64,000 nt of DNA. It comes from an uncultured Candidatus Saccharibacteria bacterium. Its GTDB lineage: Bacteria > Patescibacteriota > Minisyncoccia > 2-02-FULL-40-12 > GWA2-44-9. This document shows positions 19,512 to 29,000 of this stretch, piece after piece. The position numbers were made by a program, and so were the translations under genes. Where the stretch lies: contig CAZENF010000002.1 of NCBI GenBank assembly GCA_964513645.1, positions 206,072-270,071 of the forward strand, read 5' to 3'. Numbering within the stretch: position 1 is the stretch's first letter; each line of letters starts with the position of its first letter. The notes below the pieces were generated by a model, which saw nothing but the letters and a program-made list of their open reading frames with translations, did no database searches and had not been told where the DNA came from.

Positions 19512-21392
19512 ATGTGTGGTATAGCCGGTTCGGTCAAATCAGGAGGGAAAAATGCCGTTGACGGTATTTTACGGTCCTTAGCTCATCGCGGTCCCGACGA
19601 TGTCGGAGTTTATTCGGATGCGGAAAATGATGTCCATCTTGGCCAGCGCCGCCTTTCGATAATTGACCTTTCTTCCGCCGGACGTCAGCCAATGGCAAAT
19701 GAAGACGGGAGTATTTGGCTGACCTTTAACGGCGAGATATATAATTACAAAAAATTAAAGCCGTTTCTGACCGGTAGGGGCCATAAATTCAGGTCAGAAA
19801 CCGACTCGGAGGTCATTATTCACGGCTATGAGGAGTTCGGCACTAAAATTTTTGAAAAACTCGACGGAATGTGGGCGGCCGCTCTTTATGACCGTTCTTC
19901 CGGCAAGCTCATTTTGAGTCGCGATCCGGCCGGGATAAAGCCGTTGTATCTTATCGAGGATGGTCAAAAAATTATTTTTTCCTCGGAGATAGGAGCTTTA
20001 AAAAGCAACTGCCAAGCCGGAACAACCCTTAACGAAAGTTCGTTGGTTAAATTTATGGCCCAGGGTTATATATATGGCGACGAAACGATATACAAAGAAA
20101 TAAAAGAAGTTCCAGTCGCAACTAATTTGGTTTTTAACTTGAAAGAGGGCGGATCTTTTAAGGAATCCAATTATAATTTTTCAGGAGAATCATCGGTTAA
20201 AACCCTCGAAGAGGGGATAAGGAGTTTTAAAAATACCTTTAACGAGAGCGTCAGACAGTCCCTCCAGGCCGATGTTCCGGTCGGAATTTTCCTGTCAGGC
20301 GGTATCGACAGTTCTTTGGTCGGGCATTATGTAAAGGAGAACGGCGCTGACCTAAAAGTCTTCACCATCGGCTTTGAAGAAAAAGATTTTGATGAGTCGA
20401 GAATTGCCCGCGAAATAAGTCGGGCTTTAGGTTTTAAAAAACACTTTGTTCATATTTTAAAACCCAAGGATATTTCCGATAAGACCGGCGAGATCATTGA
20501 CTTGTTCGGCGAACCGTTCGGCGACATGTCATCTTTACCTACTTACTATTTAAGCATGCTTGCCAGGGAGAATGATTGCCGGGTGGTTCTAAGTGGTGAT
20601 GGCGGAGATGAGTTGTTCGGCGGTTATCCGACCCAGTATCTCCCCGAGATAGTCTCTTTGTATTCTAAAACTCCGGATGTTGTTCATCAAGGCCTGGTCA
20701 GCCTCGCAGATTATCTGCCCTCAACCTATTCAAAGCTCGGATTTGAGGAAATGGCTAAGCGTTTTTTGCACGGAGCCAAGTCAGATTACAGAAAAGGCCA
20801 TTTTTTGTGGAAGGTTTTGTTTCGGATGGAAGATGTCAAAAATATATTAAAAAAAGATTTTTATGAAAAATATGTTTCGGAAGTTTTTGAACGCGGTTTT
20901 TCAGATTTTTTTGACGAAGAACCCGCAGCTGATAAAGTTTCGGAAGTTATCAATGTTGATTTTAAGACATTCCTTGCCTCAAATTGCCTGGTCAAAAGTG
21001 ACATCTGCTCGATGGCCCACGCCGTGGAATTGAGGGTGCCGTTCCTTAACCGACCTGTCCTTGAATTTGCCCGGACGTTACCTTCGGAGTATAAGACCAA
21101 ACCCTTTCAGACCAAGATTTTATTAAGAAAAACTGCAGAAGAAATTTTGCCGGCAAGTATTACCAAGATTAAGAAAAAGGGTTTTGTTCCTCCGTTATCA
21201 CGCTGGCTCCAGGGAGAACTCAAAGGTTTTATGCTTGAAAATTTAAGCCGGGATAACGTTTACAAAACAGGGCTTTTAAACTATGATGCCGTAGATTCTC
21301 TGGTTAATTCCCACCTGAAAGGCAAAAGGGATAATACCAGACAGATTTGGAGCCTGATAAGTTTGGTCAGATTTTTAAACAAAGCCAAATGA
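19512..21392 (+). CDS. asnB: Asparagine synthetase B (glutamine-hydrolysing) family amidotransferase
   Basis: N-terminal MCGIAG nucleophile and SGGIDSS PP-loop. 626 aa. Confidence 0.85.
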   Translation: MCGIAGSVKSGGKNAVDGILRSLAHRGPDDVGVYSDAENDVHLGQRRLSIIDLSSAGRQPMANEDGSIWLTFNGEIYNYKKLKPFLTGRGHKFRSETDSEVIIHGYEEFGTKIFEKLDGMWAAALYDRSSGKLILSRDPAGIKPLYLIEDGQKIIFSSEIGALKSNCQAGTTLNESSLVKFMAQGYIYGDETIYKEIKEVPVATNLVFNLKEGGSFKESNYNFSGESSVKTLEEGIRSFKNTFNESVRQSLQADVPVGIFLSGGIDSSLVGHYVKENGADLKVFTIGFEEKDFDESRIAREISRALGFKKHFVHILKPKDISDKTGEIIDLFGEPFGDMSSLPTYYLSMLARENDCRVVLSGDGGDELFGGYPTQYLPEIVSLYSKTPDVVHQGLVSLADYLPSTYSKLGFEEMAKRFLHGAKSDYRKGHFLWKVLFRMEDVKNILKKDFYEKYVSEVFERGFSDFFDEEPAADKVSEVINVDFKTFLASNCLVKSDICSMAHAVELRVPFLNRPVLEFARTLPSEYKTKPFQTKILLRKTAEEILPASITKIKKKGFVPPLSRWLQGELKGFMLENLSRDNVYKTGLLNYDAVDSLVNSHLKGKRDNTRQIWSLISLVRFLNKAK

Positions 21393-22240
21393 ACAATTAT
21401 TCAATAGTCATTCCGGCCTACAATGAATCAAATGCTATCGGCAAGGTCGTCAACGACCTTCTTGTTCTTGGCCGGAAGAGCGGCCTCAATCTCGAAATAG
21501 TTGTGGTTGACGATTCTTCGACCGACAATACTGTCCAGGTTGTTTCGAAATTCTCGGTCAGGTTGGTAAAAAACCTCCAGAATTTCGGTTACGGATTTTC
21601 GATAAAAAATGGCATTGCCCATTCATCCCATGAAAATATAATAATAATCGACGCCGACGGCTCATACCCTGTTAACGCAATTCCTGGCCTGGCAGTGATA
21701 TATGAAAAAGGTTATGACATGGTTGTCGGAGCAAGGCAAGGTAAATTTTACCGGGGGTCTTTTATAAAATATCCAGCCAGACTTATTTTTTTATGGCTGG
21801 CTGAATTCATTGCCGGACGTAAAATTCCTGATGTTAATTCAGGCCTGAGAATATTCAGAAAAAATATTTATCAAAAATATGCCGATACCTTATGCGGAAC
21901 ATTTTCTTTCACCACCACTTTGACCCTGGCAATGCTCCTTAATTTTAACTCGGTTCATTATCAGCCTATAGATTATTATGAAAGGATCGGCAAATCAAAG
22001 GTTAGGTATATAAGAGATACCTTGAGGACCGGACAGATCTTAGTTGAAACGATACTCCTTTATAATCCGATAAAACTATATTTATTGTTAAGTGCCGGGA
22101 TAATTTTAATCGGAGGCGTAGGCGTTATCTCGTCTTATTTTGTAAATAATTTCTTGGTTTTTATTGTTTTTCTGACCCTAACTTTGAGCATCGTAGTTTT
22201 CGGGCTGGGTCTGGCGGTTTTCAGATTAAGTAAAAAATAA
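21389..22240 (+). CDS. Family-2 glycosyltransferase, dolichyl/polyprenyl-phosphate sugar synthase-like
   Basis: YSIVIPAYNE...VVVDDSSTDNT motifs and C-terminal TM helices. ATGA start overlaps the asnB stop. Confidence 0.7.
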   Translation: MNNYSIVIPAYNESNAIGKVVNDLLVLGRKSGLNLEIVVVDDSSTDNTVQVVSKFSVRLVKNLQNFGYGFSIKNGIAHSSHENIIIIDADGSYPVNAIPGLAVIYEKGYDMVVGARQGKFYRGSFIKYPARLIFLWLAEFIAGRKIPDVNSGLRIFRKNIYQKYADTLCGTFSFTTTLTLAMLLNFNSVHYQPIDYYERIGKSKVRYIRDTLRTGQILVETILLYNPIKLYLLLSAGIILIGGVGVISSYFVNNFLVFIVFLTLTLSIVVFGLGLAVFRLSKK

Positions 22241-22809
22241 TGATACCTCAAAAAAAATTAAATCTCGGTTCTGGAGATTTCAAAAAAAGAGGATACGTTA
22301 ATATTGATTGGGACAAAAGAACTAACCCTGATTTTGTGCATGACCTGAATAAATTTCCTTATCCTTTTAAGGACAACGAGTTTGATCTGATCGAGGCCGA
22401 CCATGTTCTTGAACATCTGGATGATGCTTTTGGGGTGATGAAAGAATTGCATCGCATATCTAAGGGCAAGGCGGGGGTTATTATCCGGGTCCCGCATTTT
22501 TCGCGTGGCCTTACTCACCCTGAGCATAAACGGGGCTTTGATGTAACATTTCCGTATTACTTTGATCCGTCGGTCAGACAATATTATCAGGGCACGGAAC
22601 TTAAGTTGAAAAATATGAAATTACTATGGATGGCCCAGCCTTATCTTAAAAAAAGCATTTTACCGGCGCCGGTCTTTTATGCGGCCTTGGCGTTCAGTGA
22701 TTTTATAAGTTTTTTGGCTAATCTTTCTCCGCTTTTATGTTCCCGCATCTGGTGCTATTGGGTCGGTGGGTTCGAGGAAATAAGTTTTGAGTTTGTGGTC
22801 AATAAATAA
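22240..22809 (+). CDS. Class I SAM-dependent methyltransferase
   Basis: LNLGSG glycine motif and a methyltransferase-11-like fold. Confidence 0.6.
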   Translation: MIPQKKLNLGSGDFKKRGYVNIDWDKRTNPDFVHDLNKFPYPFKDNEFDLIEADHVLEHLDDAFGVMKELHRISKGKAGVIIRVPHFSRGLTHPEHKRGFDVTFPYYFDPSVRQYYQGTELKLKNMKLLWMAQPYLKKSILPAPVFYAALAFSDFISFLANLSPLLCSRIWCYWVGGFEEISFEFVVNK

Positions 22810-22814
22810 TTTAT

Positions 22815-23465
22815 ATGGGAACTAAAGAATATAACTACGATACTTTTTGGCTTCGTCTTTCGGATAAAACGGCCCACAGGGTCAGAGGAAAGTTTTTCAA
22901 ATTTTTTATGGAAATAATGAATCCGCAGCCCGAAGATAAAGTGCTTGACCTGGGGGTGACTTGCGATGCTAAACGTGACAGCAGTAATTATTTTGAAAAA
23001 TTATATCCTTGGACGAAAAATATTACCGCCGTCGGACTTGAAGACGGTTCTTATCTTGAACAAAAATATCTGGGTCTAAAATTTGTCCGTGCCGACGGGA
23101 CGGCTCTGCCTTTCCAGGACAACACTTTTGATATAGTTTTTTCTGCGGCTGTAGCCGAGCATGTCGGATCTTTTGAGAATCAGAGAAAATTCTATAATGA
23201 AGCACTTCGGGTCGGAAAGAAGGTTTTTATCACCACTCCTGACCGATTTTTTCCTGTCGAGGTTCACACCGGCATTCCGTTCCTGCACTATTTGCCGAAA
23301 AATATTTTTAGAGCCATTCTTAGAAGAATCGGCATGTCTGACCTGGCAGATGAAAAAGCTCTTAACCTTTTAAGCTATGGTGACATCAAAAAAATTATCG
23401 AAGGACAGGAAGATGCCAAGATAATAAGAAAATTCAACAGTCTTTTAGTGGTCAAAATAAGGTGA
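22815..23465 (+). CDS. Class I SAM-dependent methyltransferase
   Basis: VLDLGV motif and the acidic-loop block FQDNTFDIVFS. Confidence 0.6.
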   Translation: MGTKEYNYDTFWLRLSDKTAHRVRGKFFKFFMEIMNPQPEDKVLDLGVTCDAKRDSSNYFEKLYPWTKNITAVGLEDGSYLEQKYLGLKFVRADGTALPFQDNTFDIVFSAAVAEHVGSFENQRKFYNEALRVGKKVFITTPDRFFPVEVHTGIPFLHYLPKNIFRAILRRIGMSDLADEKALNLLSYGDIKKIIEGQEDAKIIRKFNSLLVVKIR

Positions 23466-24236
23466 CTAAATCTTAGTTCCTGAGATGCGCCAGCTTATCT
23501 GGTTGTAGTGGTCAATATGAACATCTCTGAATTCTTGTTTGTTTAACCACCGGTAGACCTGTTCTCTGGTAATAAAATTCGTTATCGGGGCGTTTAGTTT
23601 ATCTAAAACGTTCAATTTATTCCTACTAAAGGATAATTTCCGCCAGTTCCTAAAATAGTCATAATAAGGCATGAATTTAACCGGCAATAAATATACACTG
23701 TATATCGGAAGATACATCGCTACGGTCAGAACGGAGCTCAATGCAATCTTTGCCTTAAAGGGAAGTTTTAAAAACACTCCGCGTTTGACCGGTTCAAGCA
23801 GGGCCCAGTTTGGCCAATTTCCTTCCTTTGAATAGCACCAGATAATGATTCTGCCACCCGGCTTAACAAAGGTTTTGATGTTGGCGAAGGTTTTATCTGG
23901 GTCAGTGGTATGCTGCAGGACACCGATTGAGTAGGCAATGTCATATTTTTTTCCCAAGCTTATTTTAGCCAAATCTCCTTCGGCGAAAGAAACATTATTC
24001 CGGCCGGCATTATTTTTTCTGGCGATATGGGTCGTATTAAGGTCGATACCAAGAACGTTTTTGGCATAGGGAGCTATAAAGTTAATATGCTGACCACCGC
24101 CGCAACCGCAGTCAACAACGTCTTTGTCTGTAAAAAAATCCAGATCCTGGGGATATATCCATTCTTTGAATAAAAACAGAGAATCATCATAGAATTTTCC
24201 CCACTGTTCCGACCAGTTTTTTTGTTTTTTCTGCAT
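23466..24236 (-). CDS. Class I SAM-dependent methyltransferase with C-terminal membrane segment
   Basis: VVDCGCGGG motif I, GRIII motif and a C-terminal hydrophobic helix. Confidence 0.6.
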   Translation of the reverse strand: MQKKQKNWSEQWGKFYDDSLFLFKEWIYPQDLDFFTDKDVVDCGCGGGQHINFIAPYAKNVLGIDLNTTHIARKNNAGRNNVSFAEGDLAKISLGKKYDIAYSIGVLQHTTDPDKTFANIKTFVKPGGRIIIWCYSKEGNWPNWALLEPVKRGVFLKLPFKAKIALSSVLTVAMYLPIYSVYLLPVKFMPYYDYFRNWRKLSFSRNKLNVLDKLNAPITNFITREQVYRWLNKQEFRDVHIDHYNQISWRISGTKI

Positions 24237-26098
24237 TATTTTTTCGAACTATTTATAGAAAGTTTTTTTTGAAGAATTGTCGCGGCAAATTTTGTTTTAG
24301 CTTCGAAGGGTGTTCCGCCTTCCTGCCAGACCTGGTTGTAGTTTTTGTTGACCCAGTTGTATAATTTTACCCCGATATCATGCCCGAAGAAACGAAAACC
24401 GTGTTCGTTTGTATCAAGGTGAAGGTAGACTATGAAATCCGGCGGATTTTTCGAATAAGAATTTATAATGTCATCCTCGCTGAAGGATAAGAGGTCTCCA
24501 AAAGCAAAAATTACTTTGGTCGGGTCAGGCCGTCTTAGAAGATAATTCAGCATTATGCCCCTGGGCAGTACGGAAAATGTCTCATTTGGGCCGAGCCGGC
24601 GCTTAAGTTCATTGACCGTATCTTCGATTATTGGTCCGCGTTTTTGATCCACAATAAGAGTGTCATTAATATCGGTTCCGCAGCAGTCGAAGGTATTTTT
24701 TGAATAATTTGCACTGCTTATCCCGATATCTTTTACAACCATAACCGAAAACGTGACCAGGAAAAATATTTTAAATGTCCGGCCGATATTATAACGTTCA
24801 AGATATCTTGGCAGCCAATCGGTCAAGGCGACAACCGCTAAAAGTGTGGCTGGAACTCCGAGGACAAAACCGTAATGATAAATTCGAGAATTAAGAGGCA
24901 TTTTTAAAAGAAATGTTCCCGCAAGCACAAAGCTCGTTACAAGCATCGGCCAGTTTTGCTGATGATCCGGTCTGCGTTTTAAGGCCAACCAGAGAGAGAT
25001 TCCAAATCCCGCGAGAATCAATACTGGAAACGACCGGGCAATTTCAAACCAGCTTGTGTTGGGAATTAGCAAGTATTCCAAGACTCCCGTTAAGGAGAAT
25101 ATTATCCAGATTAAGAGGCGGTTAGGTCTTATATTTTTTAAAGACAGGGATATGAATATACCAACGAGGGCCATGTTAAACCAAATCCAGCTCCAGCCCA
25201 ACATCCTAAGAGAGTTGCCTAAAATATCGTTGGTACCAAGACTTGTTTTATAAAACGGCAAACTGTTCATCTGGGCCAAACCGCCGTTAAAAGCCAGGAT
25301 GAATTGTCCGAATATTCCTTTGAACGCTTCGTTGACCGGCATTGATTTTGAAAAAAGATATATGGTGACGAGAGGTGGTACCAGACCGATAAAACAGGTG
25401 GTTAAAAATCCTAAAATTATCCGGGCCTTATTTTTAAAATCTATAACAAGTTCTGTTCCGAAATAACTTAAAACTATTGCTACGGCCGGGATGAATATTT
25501 CGATCTTATTTATCACGGTTGAACCTAGAAGAAGTCCGGCCGGAATAAGCCAGATGAATTTTTTATTATTTCCCCAGCGTTTTAAACAGGACAGAAGGCC
25601 CATTATCGTCACAAATCCCAATACCAGTCCGTAGGAGTACGGTGTTAGGTAATCATAATTGCCATTCTCGGTATATCTGCCGAAAGCAAAAATTCCTATA
25701 AAAATAATACCGGATACGAATACGGACAGGGGATTGGTTATGGTTTTAAGCCAGTCTTCAATCAGCCAGACCAGTAATACTAAAATAAACAAACTCACCA
25801 CGATCAGAGTTGTAATACTTGTTCCCAGAAGATGAAACCAGAGAGCATTCAGATAAAACGGCAGAGGTCCGAAATAATTATTTATCATGTCGCGGTAAAG
25901 TACCGCGCCTTCCGATATTCTCCAGGGTATATAAAGTTCTTCTCCGTAATCAAGCAGAATATCCGCCCAGGCATACCAGCTCATTTTTATCAGATAGGCC
26001 GCTATCCCGATGTAAGTGGAGATTTTTAATACCAAAAGAATCCATTTTTTTTCTACGATCCTTGTGGGGTCAAAATATTTATTGAAAATTTCTTTCAT
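24236..26098 (-). CDS. Polytopic GT-C-like membrane glycosyltransferase (ArnT/PMT-like), putative
   Basis: 620 aa. About 12 N-terminal TM helices plus a C-terminal soluble domain. Confidence 0.45.
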   Translation of the reverse strand: MKEIFNKYFDPTRIVEKKWILLVLKISTYIGIAAYLIKMSWYAWADILLDYGEELYIPWRISEGAVLYRDMINNYFGPLPFYLNALWFHLLGTSITTLIVVSLFILVLLVWLIEDWLKTITNPLSVFVSGIIFIGIFAFGRYTENGNYDYLTPYSYGLVLGFVTIMGLLSCLKRWGNNKKFIWLIPAGLLLGSTVINKIEIFIPAVAIVLSYFGTELVIDFKNKARIILGFLTTCFIGLVPPLVTIYLFSKSMPVNEAFKGIFGQFILAFNGGLAQMNSLPFYKTSLGTNDILGNSLRMLGWSWIWFNMALVGIFISLSLKNIRPNRLLIWIIFSLTGVLEYLLIPNTSWFEIARSFPVLILAGFGISLWLALKRRPDHQQNWPMLVTSFVLAGTFLLKMPLNSRIYHYGFVLGVPATLLAVVALTDWLPRYLERYNIGRTFKIFFLVTFSVMVVKDIGISSANYSKNTFDCCGTDINDTLIVDQKRGPIIEDTVNELKRRLGPNETFSVLPRGIMLNYLLRRPDPTKVIFAFGDLLSFSEDDIINSYSKNPPDFIVYLHLDTNEHGFRFFGHDIGVKLYNWVNKNYNQVWQEGGTPFEAKTKFAATILQKKLSINSSKK

Positions 26099-26102
26099 AA
26101 GT

Positions 26103-27707
26103 TTATTTTTTTTCCGGCAATACTTTAAAAATAACGCTCAAATCCTGATCATAAACTTTTTTGAAATGTTTCGTATCTTTTTCAAGATATGCAAGGAAGC
26201 TTGTTTGTCCTCCGAACCTTCTGGTAAAGACATAAGAAGCGTGGAAATCCTTTGTAATCGCGTCATATGTAGATTTAATATGGTCCGGAGTACAATATTC
26301 CGCATCGCAGGTCTGGTCGCCGGTATCTTCGATGTTCAGATAGAAAATATCCCAATAGAGATGGGTGTCGTATTTATAAAGAAATATGGGGTCCATGCCG
26401 TAGGTATAGTAATTGTCCTGGTTCCAGAAAAACAGGGACGGAAACTGGTCAAAATATAAGTGAAAAACAATATCACCCTTGTTACTGTTTTGCTTTAACC
26501 ATAAAGCCGGGCCCTGGAATCTGTAAGGCAGCATTGCGCTAGCAAAATAACCTTCAAAGCGGGGGAGAGTGTTGCAGGCGGAAAAAGTAAGAAACGGGAC
26601 CAGAAGACAAAACAGCATTATTTTGATTTCTTTTAGTTTGTGCGGCTCCAGTTTCTCGGCTTCTGAAAGATAATGGGTAAAAGCCAGTCCGGCAAACATT
26701 ACAATAAAAAGCGTCAGGAGGTCTATTGCTCGGTTGGCGGTAACGAACATCAAAAAAGAGAAGAAGACCATTATAAAAGAGCTTAAAACCGCAACCTTGG
26801 TTTCTTTTGAAAATTCCTCTTTTTTATATATGGACAGACCGGCGATTATCAGTCCGGCAAAAAAAATAAAAAATATCGGGAAAAGTATCCGGCCCTGACC
26901 GACCCATTCGGGCGGCTGAAGTTCCGTACCGATCATGGCTTTAAGCTGTTTGCCTTTGACCAAGTAAAAATCAATCACCTGGTTGTAAATAAGTCCGATG
27001 TTAGCAACTGGATGCGGTCTGGCCATCAGCCCGGTGGCAGTTCCGGAAACGAGGGACAAAATTTTGTTTAGTCCGACTCTCTGTCCGTTGAGGAATTTAA
27101 AAATAACTATCGGCCCGACAGCGATGAACGGCAGCCAGAAAACTGCCGAATGTATCCAGGATGATAAAAAAGAAAAAATAAATACCGGCCACGAGGAACC
27201 GCTGTAAAAAAAGCTGAATATTAAAGCCAGAAAGGCCAAAGAAAGGTCGTGGGGTCTGGCCATTGCCATCCGATACATCATCCAGCTGCTGGTTATCGGC
27301 ATAAAAACAACAAAAAGCCAGGCATACCGTATATCTAAATTTTTAAAAGCGATATAAATTGAAACAAGAGCGATGAAGGTTATGACTACACCCGAGACTT
27401 TTATCGCAAAGGCCAGGTCGGTCATATACGTGAAAGGTATTAGGAAAATATGAAAACCGTACCAAAGGTCAGCACCGGCCAGGTGTATGTTTGAAAAATA
27501 TGTCCAAGGAAAATCAGTATTAAATATCCCGTTCGTTCTCAAATACCATGAGTGACGGATATGGTAGAAACTGTCCGGGTCAAAAATATTATTGCTCCGG
27601 AGATTGGTGTAGGTTGCTATCGTAAGAAAAATTAAAAAAATAAAGACCGTTTTATATATCGGTTTTATGTTGCCAAAAGATTTAAATATTTCTTGAAGTT
27701 TCTCCAT
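26103..27707 (-). CDS. Polytopic GT-C-like membrane protein (first-loop DPD motif reminiscent of STT3/ArnT-type transferases), putative
   Basis: 534 aa, multi-TM. FDPDSFYH in the first extracytoplasmic loop. Confidence 0.4.
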   Translation of the reverse strand: MEKLQEIFKSFGNIKPIYKTVFIFLIFLTIATYTNLRSNNIFDPDSFYHIRHSWYLRTNGIFNTDFPWTYFSNIHLAGADLWYGFHIFLIPFTYMTDLAFAIKVSGVVITFIALVSIYIAFKNLDIRYAWLFVVFMPITSSWMMYRMAMARPHDLSLAFLALIFSFFYSGSSWPVFIFSFLSSWIHSAVFWLPFIAVGPIVIFKFLNGQRVGLNKILSLVSGTATGLMARPHPVANIGLIYNQVIDFYLVKGKQLKAMIGTELQPPEWVGQGRILFPIFFIFFAGLIIAGLSIYKKEEFSKETKVAVLSSFIMVFFSFLMFVTANRAIDLLTLFIVMFAGLAFTHYLSEAEKLEPHKLKEIKIMLFCLLVPFLTFSACNTLPRFEGYFASAMLPYRFQGPALWLKQNSNKGDIVFHLYFDQFPSLFFWNQDNYYTYGMDPIFLYKYDTHLYWDIFYLNIEDTGDQTCDAEYCTPDHIKSTYDAITKDFHASYVFTRRFGGQTSFLAYLEKDTKHFKKVYDQDLSVIFKVLPEKK

Positions 27708-27903
27708 TGCTTTAATGTCTGCCTGACAGCATATTATAAATATTAGCCCGCTTCAAGAAGCAGGGGAGTAACGGCCTAAACTGGACTGTTTCTGGATAGG
27801 AAAAATAGGACTCGGCTACAACTTTAGCCTTCGCCAGTCGCTCAGGCAAAGTCGCAGCCCCGCCTCACGGTGGTTGTTTACTGACAACCACATCGCTCCG
27901 GCT

Positions 27904-27920
27904 TTCGAGTCCCACCCTCT
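27904..27920 (+). repeat. 17-nt copy of the tRNA-Ser(GCU) T-loop/acceptor 3' end (TTCGAGTCCCACCCTCT), inverted relative to the tRNA gene about 870 bp away
   Basis: Exact match to the reverse complement of 28791-28807. No complementary 5' acceptor or T-stem upstream, so not a complete tRNA. Confidence 0.6.
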
Positions 27921-27933
27921 TCCACAAATAAAT

Positions 27934-27968
27934 AAACAAGAACTGCCGCAGGGGCAGTTCTTGTTTCT
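27934..27968. terminator. Strong bidirectional hairpin terminator
   Basis: 13-bp perfect stem AACAAGAACTGCC/GGCAGTTCTTGTT with a GCAGG loop and T-runs on both sides. Confidence 0.65.
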
Positions 27969-28079
27969 AATGCGGAGATGTGAGGGACAATTGGAAAACT
28001 CTTATCAAGCGGCTAATTACGGCTTTTCAGGAAGTTGATTATGATTTTAGCTTGGTTTTAGGGAATTAAAAAGCCGAGG

Positions 28080-28595
28080 TTAGTCGGCTTCAAACTTGGT
28101 AATTAGTTCTTTAACACGATACATCTCATGGCTAAGATCTGCGTAAAAATGAGTTCCTGCGCCATTTAGACTCTCTCGAGTAGTCTCCACGAATTTAAGA
28201 TGCTCTTTCAATAATGGCAAAAGCGTAGCTTGACCATATTTTTCAAGAACACGAAGAACATTAAAGCGATCGCTACAATCCGGTATGTCCCTAAGTTCAG
28301 GCCAAGTCAACATCTCCGAGAGTTTTTCTACGTCATTATCATTTAATTCCGGCCCTCTTTCTGCAATATAACCAAGCATTTGATAAAGCAATGAAAGATG
28401 CCCTGGTTCCTCATCAGCCTCTACCTTAGAAGACAGGAGGCCATCAGAATGCAATTTATAAAGTTCTTCGATAATTTGGCTTGGCAACAATGTCTCATAT
28501 TGCTTATATAAATCTCGGGTTGCATCTGCTTGCTTTTGATTACGATCTAACCGCTCACTCGAATCTTGTGCCCAACGTTTAAAAATCTCGTTCAT
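28080..28595 (-). CDS. Acidic helical hypothetical protein (orphan)
   Basis: 171-aa ORF between the tRNA-Ser gene and its partial inverted copy. No family recognised. Confidence 0.45.
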   Translation of the reverse strand: MNEIFKRWAQDSSERLDRNQKQADATRDLYKQYETLLPSQIIEELYKLHSDGLLSSKVEADEEPGHLSLLYQMLGYIAERGPELNDNDVEKLSEMLTWPELRDIPDCSDRFNVLRVLEKYGQATLLPLLKEHLKFVETTRESLNGAGTHFYADLSHEMYRVKELITKFEAD

Positions 28596-28758
28596 GGCTT
28601 TATTTTAGCACCTCCTATTAAAAGGGCAACTGATGTATTCTATCATAATTTTACAAAATGTAAAGCAAAAGTTCGGATCTTCTTGACTCTATGCCCCATT
28701 GAGGCAATTTTCTTGAAACAAGGAAAACTCGAGAAGATAAGCCATAAAAAGACAAAAC

Positions 28759-28777
28759 CTTCTCTTTTGAGAAGGCT
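28759..28777 (-). terminator. Terminator downstream of tRNA-Ser(GCU)
   Basis: Stem CCTTCTC/GAGAAGG with a T-rich tract on the minus strand. Confidence 0.5.
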
Positions 28778-28787
28778 GTCTCCGATG

Positions 28788-28875
28788 CGGAGAGGGTGGG
28801 ACTCGAACCCACAAAACGCTTTTTAGACGTTTACGGTTTAGCAAACCGCTGGCTTACCATTCGCCGCACCTCTCC
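28788..28875 (-). tRNA. tRNA-Ser (anticodon GCU), type II
   Basis: Acceptor GGAGAGG/CCTCTCC, anticodon loop TTGCTAA, long variable arm, T-loop TTCGAGT, G73. Confidence 0.75.
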
Positions 28876-28883
28876 TTTGTCTT

Positions 28884-28972
28884 GGAGGGGGCTTCGACTT
28901 CGCTCGCCCCCTTCCAACCTCGCTTGCGACGGCGCACGGCGCCTGCTCGCTCCTGCCTCCCCAAGGGAGCAG
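28884..28972 (+). other. GC-rich (about 70%) element with three consecutive hairpins ending in a T-run, in an AT-rich context
   Basis: Hairpins GGAGGGGGC..GCCCCCTTCC, GGCGCACGGCGCC and CTGCTC..GAGCAG, followed by ATTTTAATT. Confidence 0.4.
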
Positions 28973-29000
28973 ATTTTAATTCTAAATTTTACCACAATTT

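Noticed and set aside
27740-27925. Candidate tmRNA (ssrA) or RNase P RNA in the 372-bp gap, suggested by the tRNA-like 3' end and the downstream terminator
   Set aside because: No 5' acceptor strand complementary to the 3' end, no T-stem partner, no tag-peptide frame ending in Ala-Ala-stop, and no P4 or other RNase P consensus could be found by eye. It is kept only as a partial tRNA 3' fragment, and Infernal should still be run.
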